From Alcaligenaceae bacterium UBA6179 (GTDB lineage Bacteria > Pseudomonadota > Gammaproteobacteria > Burkholderiales > Burkholderiaceae_B): a stretch of 33,226 nt of DNA. A program made the position numbers and the translations under genes. Below are positions 18,300-27,675 of the stretch, in pieces. Location of the stretch: positions 13,298-46,523 of the forward strand of contig DITR01000134.1 of NCBI GenBank assembly GCA_002422175.1, given 5' to 3'. The notes under the pieces are model-generated. The model was given only the letters and a program-made list of their open reading frames with translations, had not been told where the DNA came from and made no database searches. Numbering within the stretch: position 1 is the stretch's first letter; every line of letters begins with the position of its first letter.

Positions 18300-19322
18300 A
18301 TGAAATTAAGCTCTCGCTTTAATCGCCCAATACTATCGCTATTGGCCGCAACGGCAATCACCGCATTAACAGGTGGGGTTGCTCAAGCAGCCTGCGGCAC
18401 CGTAACCATTGCCGAAATGAACTGGGCCAGCGCACAAGCTGCTGCCCGAGTTGATGAATTTATTCTTAAAAATGGGTATGGTTGCCAAGCCGAAACGGTA
18501 CCTGGCGACACCATGCCAACCGCAACGTCCATGACTGAAAAAGGGCGCCCTGATATTGCCCCCGAAATGTGGTTGAACTCTGTCAAAGAACCGATCGAAA
18601 AAGCAGTAAAAGAAAAACGTCTTGTGATTGTCGGCGATGTGCTTGAAGATCCCGCTAAAAATGCAGGTGAAGGTTGGTGGGTACCCCGCTACATGCTCGA
18701 GAAAAACCCTGAACTGACTACGATTGCAGGTGTGAAAAAAAATGTAGCCCTTTTTAAAGACCCTGAAGACCCTAGCCGTGGTCGATTAGTCGGTTGCCCA
18801 GCCGGTTGGGCTTGCCAAATTTCTACAGAAAACTTATTTAAAGCTTTTGAAATGAAAGAGGCCGGTTTTAACTTGGTTGACCCCGGTTCAGGTGCTGCCT
18901 TATCAGGTGCAATCAACAAAGCTTATAACCGTAAGCAACCTATTTTGGCTTATTACTGGGGACCCACTGCTTTGTTATCAAAACTTGATATGCAACGCGT
19001 TGATTTAGGCCCTTACGATCAAAAATCGTTTGAGAACTGCATTGCCTTGAAGTCGTGTGTTGACCCCAAACCAAATAGCTTTGCTGTGTCTGAAATTCAA
19101 ACTGTTGTGTCGAGCAATTTTGCCAATAGTCAGCCTGAGGCCATGGCTTATTTGAAAGCACGCGTTTGGCCCATGAAAGACTTTGGTGCAGTCTTGCAAT
19201 ACATGCAAGAACAGCAGGCCAATGGTCAAGATGCTGCGATATATTTTTTGAAAACCTACCCAGAAACCTGGAAAAAATGGGTGTCTGTAGACGCTGCTGC
19301 AAAGATTCAAGCCGCGCTTTAA
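18300..19322 (+). CDS. Glycine betaine/proline-type ABC transporter substrate-binding protein (OpuAC/ProX family)
   Basis: Signal peptide ending AQA, CG.VTIAEMNWASA, DIAPEMW, GEGWWVP, GCPAGWAC, YYWGPT; followed by ProW/ProV homologues. Confidence 0.9.
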   Translation: MKLSSRFNRPILSLLAATAITALTGGVAQAACGTVTIAEMNWASAQAAARVDEFILKNGYGCQAETVPGDTMPTATSMTEKGRPDIAPEMWLNSVKEPIEKAVKEKRLVIVGDVLEDPAKNAGEGWWVPRYMLEKNPELTTIAGVKKNVALFKDPEDPSRGRLVGCPAGWACQISTENLFKAFEMKEAGFNLVDPGSGAALSGAINKAYNRKQPILAYYWGPTALLSKLDMQRVDLGPYDQKSFENCIALKSCVDPKPNSFAVSEIQTVVSSNFANSQPEAMAYLKARVWPMKDFGAVLQYMQEQQANGQDAAIYFLKTYPETWKKWVSVDAAAKIQAAL

Positions 19323-19347
19323 TGCCCATCTAACAATCGTTTAGAAC

Positions 19348-19389
19348 ATGGTTGGCCGCATTAGCTCATGAGGCTTTTGTGGTCACCAT
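19348..19389 (+). other. Intercistronic hairpin after the binding-protein gene (mRNA stabiliser or partial terminator)
   Basis: ATGG-T-TGGCCGCA ... TGTGGTCA-CCAT pairing with G-U pairs; no clear U tract. Confidence 0.5.
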
Positions 19390-19419
19390 CAGTCATTTTT
19401 TAAAATAATAAGAGGCATT

Positions 19420-20292
19420 ATGTTCTGGTCATCTACATTTCCACAACTCAGCACTGAAACGCTACGCACCATATCTCGAGCAATTGATCAGGGTTACCTG
19501 AGCTTTTCACGCGAAATGGGCCCTGGCATTGAAGCATTCTTTAACCCCTTGCTTCACTTTTTAGTCTGGTTTGAATATATATTGCTCGATTCGCCCTGGT
19601 GGCTCATCTTGACAGCAGTCAGCGGCACAGCCTACTTAGCATCTAAACGCTGGAAACTGGCACTCGGCGTCTTGCTTTCATTAGCCGCAATTGGCTACTT
19701 AGGTATGTGGGACAACACCATGCGTACCATGGCGATGATTTTAGTTTCCACCCTACTATCAATTCTTGTTGGTATACCTATTGGTATTTTTATGTCGCGA
19801 TCAAAGCGCGGACAAAATGTCATTTTGCCCATACTAGATGTCATGCAAACCATGCCTAGTTTTGTATACCTCATACCGGTTGTGATGTTGCTAGGCATCG
19901 GTAAAGTACCCGGCTTAATTGCTGTGGTGATATATGCCATTTCGCCTGTCATTCGCTTGACCAACTTAGGCATTCGACTGGTAGATAAAGAAGCACTTGA
20001 AGCCGCAGATGCATTTGGCGCAAGCCGATTTCAAAAGTTGATGCGGGTACAGCTACCCTTAGCTCTGCCCACCATTATGGCCGGCATCAACCAAACCATC
20101 ATGATGGCATTAGCCATGGTTGTGATTGCTTCAATGATTGGTGTTAAGGGCCTAGGCCAACCTGTTTTACAAGCCGTGACCAATCAATACTTTGCCCTAG
20201 GGCTTTTTAATGGTGCAGCTGTTGTTGTGCTGGCCATTATTTTTGATCGCATCACCCAAAGTTTTGGCATGCGCTTACAGCGCCATCGCTAA
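19420..20292 (+). CDS. Glycine betaine/proline ABC transporter permease (ProW-like)
   Basis: GIPIGI, PILDVMQTMPSFVYLIP, EAADAFGA (EAA loop), AGINQTIMMALAMVVIASMIG. Confidence 0.93.
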   Translation: MFWSSTFPQLSTETLRTISRAIDQGYLSFSREMGPGIEAFFNPLLHFLVWFEYILLDSPWWLILTAVSGTAYLASKRWKLALGVLLSLAAIGYLGMWDNTMRTMAMILVSTLLSILVGIPIGIFMSRSKRGQNVILPILDVMQTMPSFVYLIPVVMLLGIGKVPGLIAVVIYAISPVIRLTNLGIRLVDKEALEAADAFGASRFQKLMRVQLPLALPTIMAGINQTIMMALAMVVIASMIGVKGLGQPVLQAVTNQYFALGLFNGAAVVVLAIIFDRITQSFGMRLQRHR

Positions 20293-20303
20293 GGAGACTG
20301 AAA

Positions 20304-21401
20304 ATGAGTGACTATATTATTTCTATTAAAAATCTTTATAAGGTTTTCGGCAAAGACCCCAAAAAAGCCATGCAACGGGTACACCATGGCATGGGAAAAG
20401 ACGAGCTACTTGAAAAGACTAAGCACGTCATTGGGTTAAACAACGTTAACCTTGATATGGAAAGGCATCGCATTCAAGTGGTAATGGGTCTTTCAGGCTC
20501 AGGCAAATCAACTTTAATTCGTCATATCAACCGTTTGATCGCCCCCACAGAAGGTGAAATTTGGGTCGACGGCCAAGATGTTTTAAAACTTAGCCCTGAA
20601 GCACTTCGTGAATTTAGACGTTTTAAAGTGTCGATGGTGTTTCAAAAATTTGCTCTATTTCCTCACCGCACGATTAAAGAAAATGTGGGTTATGGCCTTG
20701 AAAATCAAGGTGCCAATGCCAGCAAACTTAAAACCACCTGCGAGCACTGGATCAACCGCGTTGGCCTAAGTGGTTTTGAAAACTATTACCCCAACCAATT
20801 GTCTGGGGGTATGCAACAACGTGTGGGCTTGGCTAGAGCCTTAGCCACTGACGCTGAAATATTGTTAATGGACGAAGCCTTTTCAGCGCTTGATCCACTG
20901 ATTCGTACAGAGATGCAAGATGTCTTGCTTGATCTTCAAAATGAACTCGAAAAAACCATCGTCTTTATTACACATGATCTTGATGAAGCACTACGTATTG
21001 GAGACAACATTGCCATTTTGCGTGACGGTGAAATTGTTCAAACTGATGACCCACAAAATATCTTGATGAACCCTGCTAATTCTTATGTATCAGAGTTCAT
21101 GAAAGATATCAATCGTGCACGTGTATTGCGTGTACGTGCCATCATGAAACCCCTTGAAGAAGGCGACAAGGGACCTATCGTTAAGGGCAGCACCACCATC
21201 GAAACGGCTCTACAACTATTGGCTGAAAGTACCAGTGATAGACTTATTATCACTGACCGCCGTGGTCAACAAGTTGGGCGTTTAACGATTGAAGATTTAA
21301 TACGTGGCATGCGTCGGCCAACTTCGGCAGAAATACAAGCTGATGCACAGGCTGAAGCGCAAGCTGATGTTCAAACGCAAACTGAGTCTACTGTTCATTA
21401 A
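20304..21401 (+). CDS. Glycine betaine/proline ABC transporter ATP-binding protein (ProV-like)
   Basis: GLSGSGKS, LSGGMQQRVGLARAL, LLMDEAFSALDPLIR, ITHDLDEA; CBS-like C-terminal region. Confidence 0.94.
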   Translation: MSDYIISIKNLYKVFGKDPKKAMQRVHHGMGKDELLEKTKHVIGLNNVNLDMERHRIQVVMGLSGSGKSTLIRHINRLIAPTEGEIWVDGQDVLKLSPEALREFRRFKVSMVFQKFALFPHRTIKENVGYGLENQGANASKLKTTCEHWINRVGLSGFENYYPNQLSGGMQQRVGLARALATDAEILLMDEAFSALDPLIRTEMQDVLLDLQNELEKTIVFITHDLDEALRIGDNIAILRDGEIVQTDDPQNILMNPANSYVSEFMKDINRARVLRVRAIMKPLEEGDKGPIVKGSTTIETALQLLAESTSDRLIITDRRGQQVGRLTIEDLIRGMRRPTSAEIQADAQAEAQADVQTQTESTVH

Positions 21402-21537
21402 ATAAGTGGTAATGCAGGCACATTAAAGCACCACTATAATTTCTTAGTTGCAGCCGCTCTTTACTGGGTTGCAAAAGCGAAACCACCCTATTAAACATAA
21501 GGTTTAAAATGATCTTTTAAACCCCGGTTTTGATTAT

Positions 21538-22926
21538 ATGCAACGCATTAAATTTGTATGGTGGTTTGTTTTTATTGGGGTTTCACTCACCTACTGGTTG
21601 AGCATCAATGCGATTGATCAAACCTTAACGTTATGGGCGTTAAGTAAATCAACGCTTTATTACACCGGCATTATGGCAACTGCCATGATGTCTTTAGGTG
21701 TGGTGCTCGCTTTACGCCTGCCTTTTATTGAAAATTTAATCGGTGGTCTAGACCTGCACTACCGACTCCATAAATGGGTTGGTATCTCTACCGCCCTTTT
21801 TGCGTTATCTCATTGGCTGATAAAACTAGGGCCTAAATGGCTTGTAAAAAATGGTTTTGCTGACGCCATATCGTTTAAAACGCCCTCTGATGTCGTCGGC
21901 TTTTTCGCTGAAAGCAACCCCCTTACACCTGCGCGAAGTTTTGCCAAAGATTTAGGTGAATGGGCTATTTATGCCATGTTGGTGTTGGTTGTCTTAGCGC
22001 TATGGAAACGTTTTCCGTACCGCGCTTTTTTCAAAACACACCGGCTGATGGCTATCATCTATATTGCGTTAGTTTTTCATAGCGTTGTATTGTTTGGTGA
22101 AGTGGGTTGGGTAACCCCAGTTGGTATCTTCATGGCTGTTTTGATGGCAATAGGTTGCGTAGGCGCTGGCATTTCCCTTATGGGTAAAGTCGGTGCACAG
22201 CACCGCAGCACCGGCCGTGTCACAGCCATTACGAAACACGCTCAAGATCGGGTTTTAGAGGTACATATTGATTTAGGTAATGGTTGGCACGGCCATGAGG
22301 CCGGTCAGTTTGCTTTTGTGACCTTTGATCCAAAAGAAGGCGCGCACCCATTCAGCATTTCATCGCCGTGGCGCAATGACGGCGAAGTGGTGTTTCACAT
22401 TAAGGCACTGGGCGACTACACTTCAAAATTACCCGCAAATATTTATATCGGCCAAAGCGTTACCGTTGAGGGGCCTTATGGCCGTTTTAAGTTTGACCCT
22501 TACCCTGCTTTGCAACAAGGTGAACTTGATGCACCCCATCAAGTTTGGATAGCCGGTGGCATTGGCATCACACCATTTTTATCCCGACTGCACATGATCT
22601 GTGAGTCTTCAAAATTAAACGAACTCTCACAAACACCCATCACTTTACCCATCACACTTTACTATTGCACACGTATTCATGATTCAAGCTTTGTGAATGA
22701 TTTATATCGGCTCAGTGAAAAAGCCCACATCACGTTGCATATTATTGCTTCAGGCCGAGATCAGCCGCTTACAGCCGATCGACTCAAACAAGATATTCCA
22801 GCTTGGTTGTCAGCTCATTTTTGGTTCTGTGGGCCTGCTGGCCTAGGGCAATCACTGCGTGACGACTTGGTCGCACAAGGCTTAAAAAATAGTGATTTTC
22901 ATCAAGAACTTTTTGAGATGCGCTAG
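21538..22926 (+). CDS. Ferric reductase-like transmembrane plus FNR-domain flavocytochrome (bacterial NADPH-oxidase-like)
   Basis: Two bis-His TM helices (RLHKW...SHW; KTHRL...FHS), HPFSIS (FAD), EGPYG, IAGGIGITPF, FCGP, terminal ELFEMR. Confidence 0.88.
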   Translation: MQRIKFVWWFVFIGVSLTYWLSINAIDQTLTLWALSKSTLYYTGIMATAMMSLGVVLALRLPFIENLIGGLDLHYRLHKWVGISTALFALSHWLIKLGPKWLVKNGFADAISFKTPSDVVGFFAESNPLTPARSFAKDLGEWAIYAMLVLVVLALWKRFPYRAFFKTHRLMAIIYIALVFHSVVLFGEVGWVTPVGIFMAVLMAIGCVGAGISLMGKVGAQHRSTGRVTAITKHAQDRVLEVHIDLGNGWHGHEAGQFAFVTFDPKEGAHPFSISSPWRNDGEVVFHIKALGDYTSKLPANIYIGQSVTVEGPYGRFKFDPYPALQQGELDAPHQVWIAGGIGITPFLSRLHMICESSKLNELSQTPITLPITLYYCTRIHDSSFVNDLYRLSEKAHITLHIIASGRDQPLTADRLKQDIPAWLSAHFWFCGPAGLGQSLRDDLVAQGLKNSDFHQELFEMR

Positions 22927-22957
22927 CAAAGCGTAGCAAAGCCCTTTCTTTTTAAAA

Positions 22958-22993
22958 ATTTATCGATATATACTTGAGTACATATCGATAAAT
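22958..22993. promoter_or_regulatory. ModE operator upstream of modA
   Basis: ATCGATATATA-CTTGAG-TACATATCGAT (22962-22989) matches the ModE consensus ATCGNTATATA-N6-TATATANCGAT; dyad extends to ATTT...AAAT; modE lies in the same cluster. Confidence 0.88.
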
Positions 22994-23018
22994 GAACATT
23001 TTAATTATGGAAGTTGTG

Positions 23019-23768
23019 ATGAAGCGTCTTTTTGTATGGATCGTTTTAGCCATAAGTATGGTGGGGGCTCAAGCGCAAACCCTCGTTGTGTCGGCTGCGA
23101 CCAGCTTAACGAACGCATTTACCGAAGTGGGCGCTCTATTTGAAACCCAAAACCCAGGCATTGCCATTCGTTTTAATTTTGCAGCCTCTGGCACGCTGCT
23201 ACAGCAAATTAGCCAAGGTGCACCAGCCGATGTGTTGGCAACAGCCGACGCCAACTCAATGAATCGTGCGCAAAATGCCAAATTAATTGAAGTGACGACA
23301 CGAATCAATTTTGTTGAAAATCAGCTGGTCTTAATTACCCCAGCTCGTTCAAACCTACATCTCACTTCGTTAGATGACTTAAACAAATCACATATCAACC
23401 GCATTGCCCTAGGCAACCCAAACAACGTACCGGCTGGTTTGTATGCTAAAAAAATACTCGAATCATCACAATTGTGGCAACGCTTAGCTCCCAAACTCAT
23501 TATGGCTCAAAACGTTCGGCAAGCCACGTTGTATGTTTCACAAAATGAAGTTGATGCGGGGTTTGTGTTTTTAACCGATGCCAATGCAGCGGGCAAAGCC
23601 GTTAAGGTTGCATTCGTTGTCAATACGCCCGATACCATTGCTTACCCTGTAGCCAGGGTGACTGGCAGCACTCAGCCTGAAATCGCTCAAAATTTTATAG
23701 ATTTTCTAAAAAGTGACGCAGCACAAAGCATTTTCACTCGCCATGGTTTTAGATCGGTGACCCAATGA
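23019..23768 (+). CDS. modA: Molybdate ABC transporter substrate-binding protein
   Basis: SAATSL, NFAASG.L.QQI.QGAPADV, N.LVLI, VPAG.YA, NVRQ, DAGFVF.TDA; signal peptide starts at ATG 23019. Confidence 0.95.
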   Translation: MKRLFVWIVLAISMVGAQAQTLVVSAATSLTNAFTEVGALFETQNPGIAIRFNFAASGTLLQQISQGAPADVLATADANSMNRAQNAKLIEVTTRINFVENQLVLITPARSNLHLTSLDDLNKSHINRIALGNPNNVPAGLYAKKILESSQLWQRLAPKLIMAQNVRQATLYVSQNEVDAGFVFLTDANAAGKAVKVAFVVNTPDTIAYPVARVTGSTQPEIAQNFIDFLKSDAAQSIFTRHGFRSVTQ

Positions 23769-24457
23769 GCACTTCTGAATTTGAATCAGCACTGATCGCT
23801 TTGGGTTTAACACTCAAAATATCACTCTGGGCAACCGCCATTAATTTAGTGTTAGCGGTTGGTTTAGCTTATTATTTTGCGACACGCCGCTTTGCGTTAC
23901 GTCATACGTTTGATGCGATACTGACGCTACCCATGGTGTTGCCCCCTACGGTTTTGGGGTATTACCTTTTAGTCTTAATTGGTCGAGAAGGCCCAATCGG
24001 TGAATTTTTAGAGCACTTTTTTGGTATTCGTTTGATCTTTACGTGGCAAGGTGCTGTCATCGCTGCGGCAATCACCTCTTTTCCACTGGTTTTTAAGTCG
24101 GCCCGTGCCGCGTTTGAATCAGTCAGCCCACAGTTTAGGTATGCTGCGAGTAGCCTAGGGGTTCATCATTTCTTCATATTCTTTCGTATCACGCTACCGC
24201 TTGCATGGCGCGGCATAATGGCTGGTACGCTGTTGGGTTTTGCGCGATCAATGGGCGAGTTTGGTGCCACCTTAATGGTGGCGGGTAGTATTCCTGGTCA
24301 AACACAAACCCTTTCAATCACTGTTTACGAAGCCGTACAAGCTGGGCAAGACCAATTGGCTAACTTCTTAGTCATGCTCATTTCTATTGTGGGTTTTTTA
24401 ATTTTAATCACTTCAAATTATTTGACGCCGCGCGGCGTGAAGCAGGCACATGTCTAA
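23765..24457 (+). CDS. modB: Molybdate ABC transporter permease
   Basis: LPMVLPPTVLGYYLL, FARSMGEFGAT..VAG.IPG.TQT; ATGA overlap with modA. Confidence 0.95.
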   Translation: MSTSEFESALIALGLTLKISLWATAINLVLAVGLAYYFATRRFALRHTFDAILTLPMVLPPTVLGYYLLVLIGREGPIGEFLEHFFGIRLIFTWQGAVIAAAITSFPLVFKSARAAFESVSPQFRYAASSLGVHHFFIFFRITLPLAWRGIMAGTLLGFARSMGEFGATLMVAGSIPGQTQTLSITVYEAVQAGQDQLANFLVMLISIVGFLILITSNYLTPRGVKQAHV

Positions 24458-25202
24458 CTCTAATGATCATTCGAGGGGGACGAGTGAAATAAGTTGGGTT
24501 AGAGCGCATCATAACAACTCAAACCAGCCCGCCCTGCTTTGGCAAGTCAGTCTGAAGCACACATTGGGTCAAGGCCAGGAAAAATTTAATTTAAATGTGC
24601 AATTTCACAGTGTGGCTCAGCGCATTGCGCTGATAGGTCCTTCGGGGGCAGGAAAAAGTCAAACCCTCATGATGCTTGCAGGGCTCGTTAAACCAAAAGA
24701 AGGTTTGATTTGTTTTAAAGATCAGGTTTTACAAGATAGCTCAAAAAACATTTGCCTGACCCCACAACAGCGGCGCGTATCTTATATGTTTCAAGACTAT
24801 GCGCTATTTGATCATTTGAATGTTGCACAAAACATCGGGTTCGCACTGAGTCGAGGCTTATTTAACCCCAGTAGCAAACGTATTGACGACAAAGTCATGG
24901 TTTGGTTGAATCGACTTCATATGCCTGACTCAGCTTTGAAATACCCACATCAATTATCAGGCGGTCAAAAACAACGCGTCGCGCTCGCTCGTTCACTGAT
25001 ACATCAACCCGATGCGCTATTGCTTGATGAACCCTTTACTGCACTTGACCGTGAGATACGTGGCGAACTTCGCAGCCTATTGATTGATATTCAGAGTGAG
25101 TTAAATTTACCGATGATTTTAATTACTCACGATGCCGAAGACGCACACGCTTTTGCACAAGAAACGATTCAAATTAATACTGGCAAAATTGTTGGGGAAT
25201 GA
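24450..25202 (+). CDS. modC: Molybdate ABC transporter ATP-binding protein (short form, no TOBE domain)
   Basis: GPSGAGKS, FQDYALF.HL, LSGGQKQRVALAR, LLLDEPF, ITHD. Confidence 0.9.
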   Translation: MSNSNDHSRGTSEISWVRAHHNNSNQPALLWQVSLKHTLGQGQEKFNLNVQFHSVAQRIALIGPSGAGKSQTLMMLAGLVKPKEGLICFKDQVLQDSSKNICLTPQQRRVSYMFQDYALFDHLNVAQNIGFALSRGLFNPSSKRIDDKVMVWLNRLHMPDSALKYPHQLSGGQKQRVALARSLIHQPDALLLDEPFTALDREIRGELRSLLIDIQSELNLPMILITHDAEDAHAFAQETIQINTGKIVGE

Positions 25203-26107
25203 AACCTATTATGACTCTTCCGTCAAAAGAGAAATCGAGCCTTGTCAAGACAAATGCAAATGACTCAAAACCTAAGCATTCAGATGCAAAGCCATTAAAG
25301 ACAGTTTCAACCATCATCCACTTATCCGCTTCAACTGCACTACAACAAGGTCAGATGTCGCCAGGCCGATCCAAGCAGTGGGCTTTAATCAAAGCTGTTG
25401 ACAGCACCGGCTCTATTACCCAAGCCGCTAAATCAGTCGGTATGAGCTACAAAGCCGCGTGGGACAATATTGAAAAAATGAACATGCAATCAGTACAACC
25501 GCTTTTAACTCGGTCAAAAGGCGGTAAAGGTGGAGGTTCAACACACCTGACCCCATATGGCACCAAGTTACTCAAACGCTACGAAGACCTCAACCATTAT
25601 GTAAATCGGTACCTTGATTTATTGAATCAGTACTCAACCAACCTTGAAACCGATATTGATTTAATTCACCTCTTAAATATGAAAACCAGCGCCAGCAATC
25701 AATTTTCAGGCAAAATCACACTCATTAAAACGGGTAAAGTTAATGATGAAATAACGGTTGCTATTAGCTCAAATACGAGCATAGTGGCATCTGTTAGCAG
25801 CCACAGTAGGCTAGATATGCAGTTGGCCTTGGGTGATATTGTGTTTGTACTCATACAGGCCTCAGCGATCATTTTGATTACTGACATCAAAAAAAGTCAA
25901 TTATCGGCTCGCAATCAAATGGCCGGCATCATCTCGGTTCTTAAACCAGGCGCCGTAAATGTAGAGGTGGTTATAGATTGTGGTGATGGGCAAACGTTAG
26001 TCACCATGGTGACTGATCAAAGCGTGGCAGATATGAAACTTAAAAAAGGGGTGCCTGTCGTTGCCGCCTTCAAAGCTGGCCACGTGATGCTAGGGAAATT
26101 AGCCTAG
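25199..26107 (+). CDS. modE: Molybdenum-responsive regulator ModE (HTH plus two Mop/TOBE domains)
   Basis: GSITQAAK.VGMSYKAAWD, GGKGGG, MKTSASNQF.G and LSARNQ..G Mop repeats. Confidence 0.92.
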   Translation: MKPIMTLPSKEKSSLVKTNANDSKPKHSDAKPLKTVSTIIHLSASTALQQGQMSPGRSKQWALIKAVDSTGSITQAAKSVGMSYKAAWDNIEKMNMQSVQPLLTRSKGGKGGGSTHLTPYGTKLLKRYEDLNHYVNRYLDLLNQYSTNLETDIDLIHLLNMKTSASNQFSGKITLIKTGKVNDEITVAISSNTSIVASVSSHSRLDMQLALGDIVFVLIQASAIILITDIKKSQLSARNQMAGIISVLKPGAVNVEVVIDCGDGQTLVTMVTDQSVADMKLKKGVPVVAAFKAGHVMLGKLA

Positions 26108-26263
26108 CAATAACCCTAAGCAAACTTAAATTTGTTGCTTTACACCCTCTTTTTAAGCATTGTTTTTTTTAACGCGGGTAATTCTGAGGGGGCTTTAGTC
26201 CTCGATCGCTGTAAGATACGAGCATTAAAAAAGATGTGCAAACCCTATCAAAAGGTCAACCCC

Positions 26264-27541
26264 ATGAAATCAAGCCGGATGACGCGTTACATACTTATTG
26301 CGATGGTGCTAGGTATTCTTATGGGTCATGTTGCTTATTTATGGGGGCATGATAACGGTTTTGCCAAGTCGTATGCTGAATACATCTCAATTTTTACAGA
26401 CATATTTTTGCGTATGATCAAAATGATCATCGCACCTTTGGTGTTTGCAACATTAGCGTGCGGTATCGCCAAGATGGGCGATGGCAAAGCGATTGGCCGT
26501 GTCGGTTTGAAGGCATTTGGTTGGTTTTTAATGATGTCAATTATTTCTTTATTGCTTGGTTTGGTGCTTGTGCATATCTTTCAACCTGGCAGCGGCCTTC
26601 ATATGCCCATACCCGAAGCGACTGCCGCAACAGGTCTTGCGCACGAAGGTAAAGGCCTCGTTAATTTCATTCACCATATTTTCCCGACTAGCATTTTTGA
26701 TGCCATGGCCAAAAATGAGATTTTACAAATTGTCGTTTTTGCACTCTTTTTTGGTGTAGCGGGCGCGTCCATGGGTCAAAAGGCAGAACCCTTTTTTAAA
26801 GCACTTGATATTTTGGGTCACATCATGCTCAAGATAACCACGGCCGTGATGAACTTCGCGCCTGTGGCTGTATTTGCCGCGGTGTCATCTGTTATTGCTC
26901 TTGATGGCTTGGGTGTACTGATGACTTATGGCAAATTTTTGCTTAGTTTCTATATTGCTATTTTAATTCTGTGGGGCGTCATATTTTTAGCGGGTTACTT
27001 TATGTTGGGCCGCTCTGTCATCACATTATTTAAAATGATGCGTGAACCCGCACTGCTTGCTTTCACAACCGCAAGCTCTGAAGCCGCTTACCCTAAAACG
27101 CTTGAGCAAGTTGAGCGCTTTGGGTGTAGTAACCGTATTGCATCATTTGTATTACCCATGGGCTACTCGTTTAACCTAGATGGTTCAATGATGTACTGTA
27201 CATTTGCAGCATTGTTCATTGCTCAAATTTACGGCATTGACATGACCTGGACACAACAACTGATGTTGTTGCTAATGCTTTTAATTACCTCTAAAGGTAT
27301 AGCAGGTGTGCCGCGTGCTTCGTTAGTTGTCATCGCAGCAGTCTTGCCACAGTTTGATATTCCTGAGGCAGGTATTTTGCTTATTTTAGGCGTTGATCAC
27401 TTCTTAGATATGGCACGCTCAGCCACCAACGTTTTTGGCAATGGTGTGGCTACAGCAGTCATTTCTAAAGCTGAAGGTGAGCTTAAGCGGCATGATATTG
27501 GAGAGCCGAATCGCCCGCCCGCAACCACCCCAGCAACTTAA
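26264..27541 (+). CDS. Dicarboxylate/amino acid:cation symporter (DAACS, GltP/DctA family)
   Basis: FLRMIKMIIAPLVF, AFTTASSEAAYP, LPMGYSFNLDGS, TSKGIAGVPRAS, D.FLDM.RS.TNV.GN; start moved to ATG 26264 behind AAAGG. Confidence 0.93.
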   Translation: MKSSRMTRYILIAMVLGILMGHVAYLWGHDNGFAKSYAEYISIFTDIFLRMIKMIIAPLVFATLACGIAKMGDGKAIGRVGLKAFGWFLMMSIISLLLGLVLVHIFQPGSGLHMPIPEATAATGLAHEGKGLVNFIHHIFPTSIFDAMAKNEILQIVVFALFFGVAGASMGQKAEPFFKALDILGHIMLKITTAVMNFAPVAVFAAVSSVIALDGLGVLMTYGKFLLSFYIAILILWGVIFLAGYFMLGRSVITLFKMMREPALLAFTTASSEAAYPKTLEQVERFGCSNRIASFVLPMGYSFNLDGSMMYCTFAALFIAQIYGIDMTWTQQLMLLLMLLITSKGIAGVPRASLVVIAAVLPQFDIPEAGILLILGVDHFLDMARSATNVFGNGVATAVISKAEGELKRHDIGEPNRPPATTPAT

Positions 27542-27675
27542 AAAACAAGATCAAATCAAAAGCACGATTTGTTTATCATGTAAAGTTATTTAGAGATTGA
27601 ATAAATATTGGTTAAAGTTATAAAAACTTAACCTGTAATATTAATCAGAAACACGACAACACTGGAATTTCCCCC

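Noticed and set aside
18089-18322. 77-aa ORF upstream of the ABC binding protein as a gene or leader peptide
   Set aside because: TTG start without SD, no recognisable motif, overlaps the real gene out of frame. The hairpin tiling explains the region better, though a uORF is not strictly excluded.
27542-27675. SAM riboswitch upstream of metY
   Set aside because: The region is short, very AT-rich and shows no convincing stems.
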